NCBI GenBank assembly: GCA_030704615.1
Contig: CM060731.1
Span: 37,634,001-37,698,000 of the forward strand
Length of the DNA stretch: 64,000 nt
DNA from: Takakia lepidozioides
Taxonomy: Eukaryota; Plantae; Bryophyta
Direction: 5' to 3'
Of the stretch, positions 63,300 through 64,000 are shown in pieces; the first letter of the stretch is position 1; each line of letters starts with the position of its first letter. The translations under genes were made by a program, and so were the position numbers. Under the pieces are notes generated by a model. The model made no database searches, was not told where the DNA came from, and saw nothing but the letters and a program-made list of their open reading frames with translations.

Positions 63300-64000
63300 C
63301 AAAGTTGGCAAAATTGAATTGATTGGCTAAACCTCATATAAACAATCCCCAGTCCCCGGATATGCTCAAGCGGCTCGCTGTTGTTGTAATTGTGTGAGGT
63401 GACAGATCGACTCGGACAGCATGCGTAGCTGACCACAATTTTGCGAATTGAGCACTAGGTGTCTTTCAATTTACCCGATGCGCTCGGGTAATTCCACAAT
63501 GTCGCAAAATTGAGCACTTCAAGTTCCCAAATGCGCTCGGGCAGCTCTGTAAGCCTCTCACAACCAAATAATTCGAGCCTTTGTAATTGTGTGAGGCGAC
63601 AGATCGACTCGGGCAGCTTGCATAACTGACTGCAGAAATTCAAGTTGAGCACTAGTAGTCTCTCAAGTTCCCCAATATTCTAGGGCAGCTCCATAAGCCC
63701 CTCACAATCATTTAGGTCTAGCTCTTGTAATTGTGTGAGGTGGCAGATCGACTCGGGCAACTTCTGTAAGTGACCACACCCATTCAAGTTGAGCACTCAT
63801 AGTCTCTCAAGTCCCCTCATATTCTCGGGCAGCTCCATAAGCCCCCAACAATCACTAAGGTCCAGCTCTTATAATTGTGTGAGGTGGCAGATCGACTCGG
63901 GCAACTTGCGTAGCTAACCACACCCATTCAAGTCGAGCACTCGCAGTCTCTCAAGTTTCCCCATACGCTCGGGCAGCTTTGGAAGCCCCCAACAAAAATT
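63300..64000 (-). pseudogene. LRR region of an NLR-type disease-resistance pseudogene (continues beyond window)
   Basis: Repeated 24-aa LRRs LxxLxLxxCxxLxxLPESI (e.g. LNLNFCSQLCKLPESICRLTQLQRLELFGCERLTELPERI) with stops and frameshifts. Confidence 0.8.

Overview
Eukaryotic, intron-containing land-plant DNA. The moss-like PLS-PPR motifs and TE content suggest a non-seed plant, but this is inferred. Host genes: two RING-H2 paralogue exons, two BAHD acyltransferases with the same exon layout, a PRELI/Ups-type gene with a GC-AG intron, an intronless ILR3-type bHLH (likely a retrocopy), a CCCH zinc-finger gene, and PPR-DYW and LRR pseudogenes. Much of the window is transposon-derived. (i) A complete 16.3-kb CACTA element (8135-24452, TAT TSD) has head-to-head TnpD and TnpA-like genes, an FCP1/NIF-type HAD phosphatase domain embedded in TnpA, a PPR-derived satellite and nested LINE pieces. 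(ii) A ~7.65-kb left-truncated element (about 25880-33535) interrupts a PPR gene. It carries a GCM-like zinc-finger gene divergent from a spliced gene encoding a ParB/Srx N-terminal domain plus a beta-class (N6A/N4C-type) DNA methyltransferase, and the introns of that gene hold eight copies of a palindrome (core AATTGCGTGCGT-NN-ACGCACGCAATT). This is the most unusual system in the window. (iii) A near-intact hAT, LINE 3' fragments, LTR-like remnants, Helitron-like repeats and a MITE with a 4-bp TSD. Domain calls are from motif recognition by eye; no searches were run.
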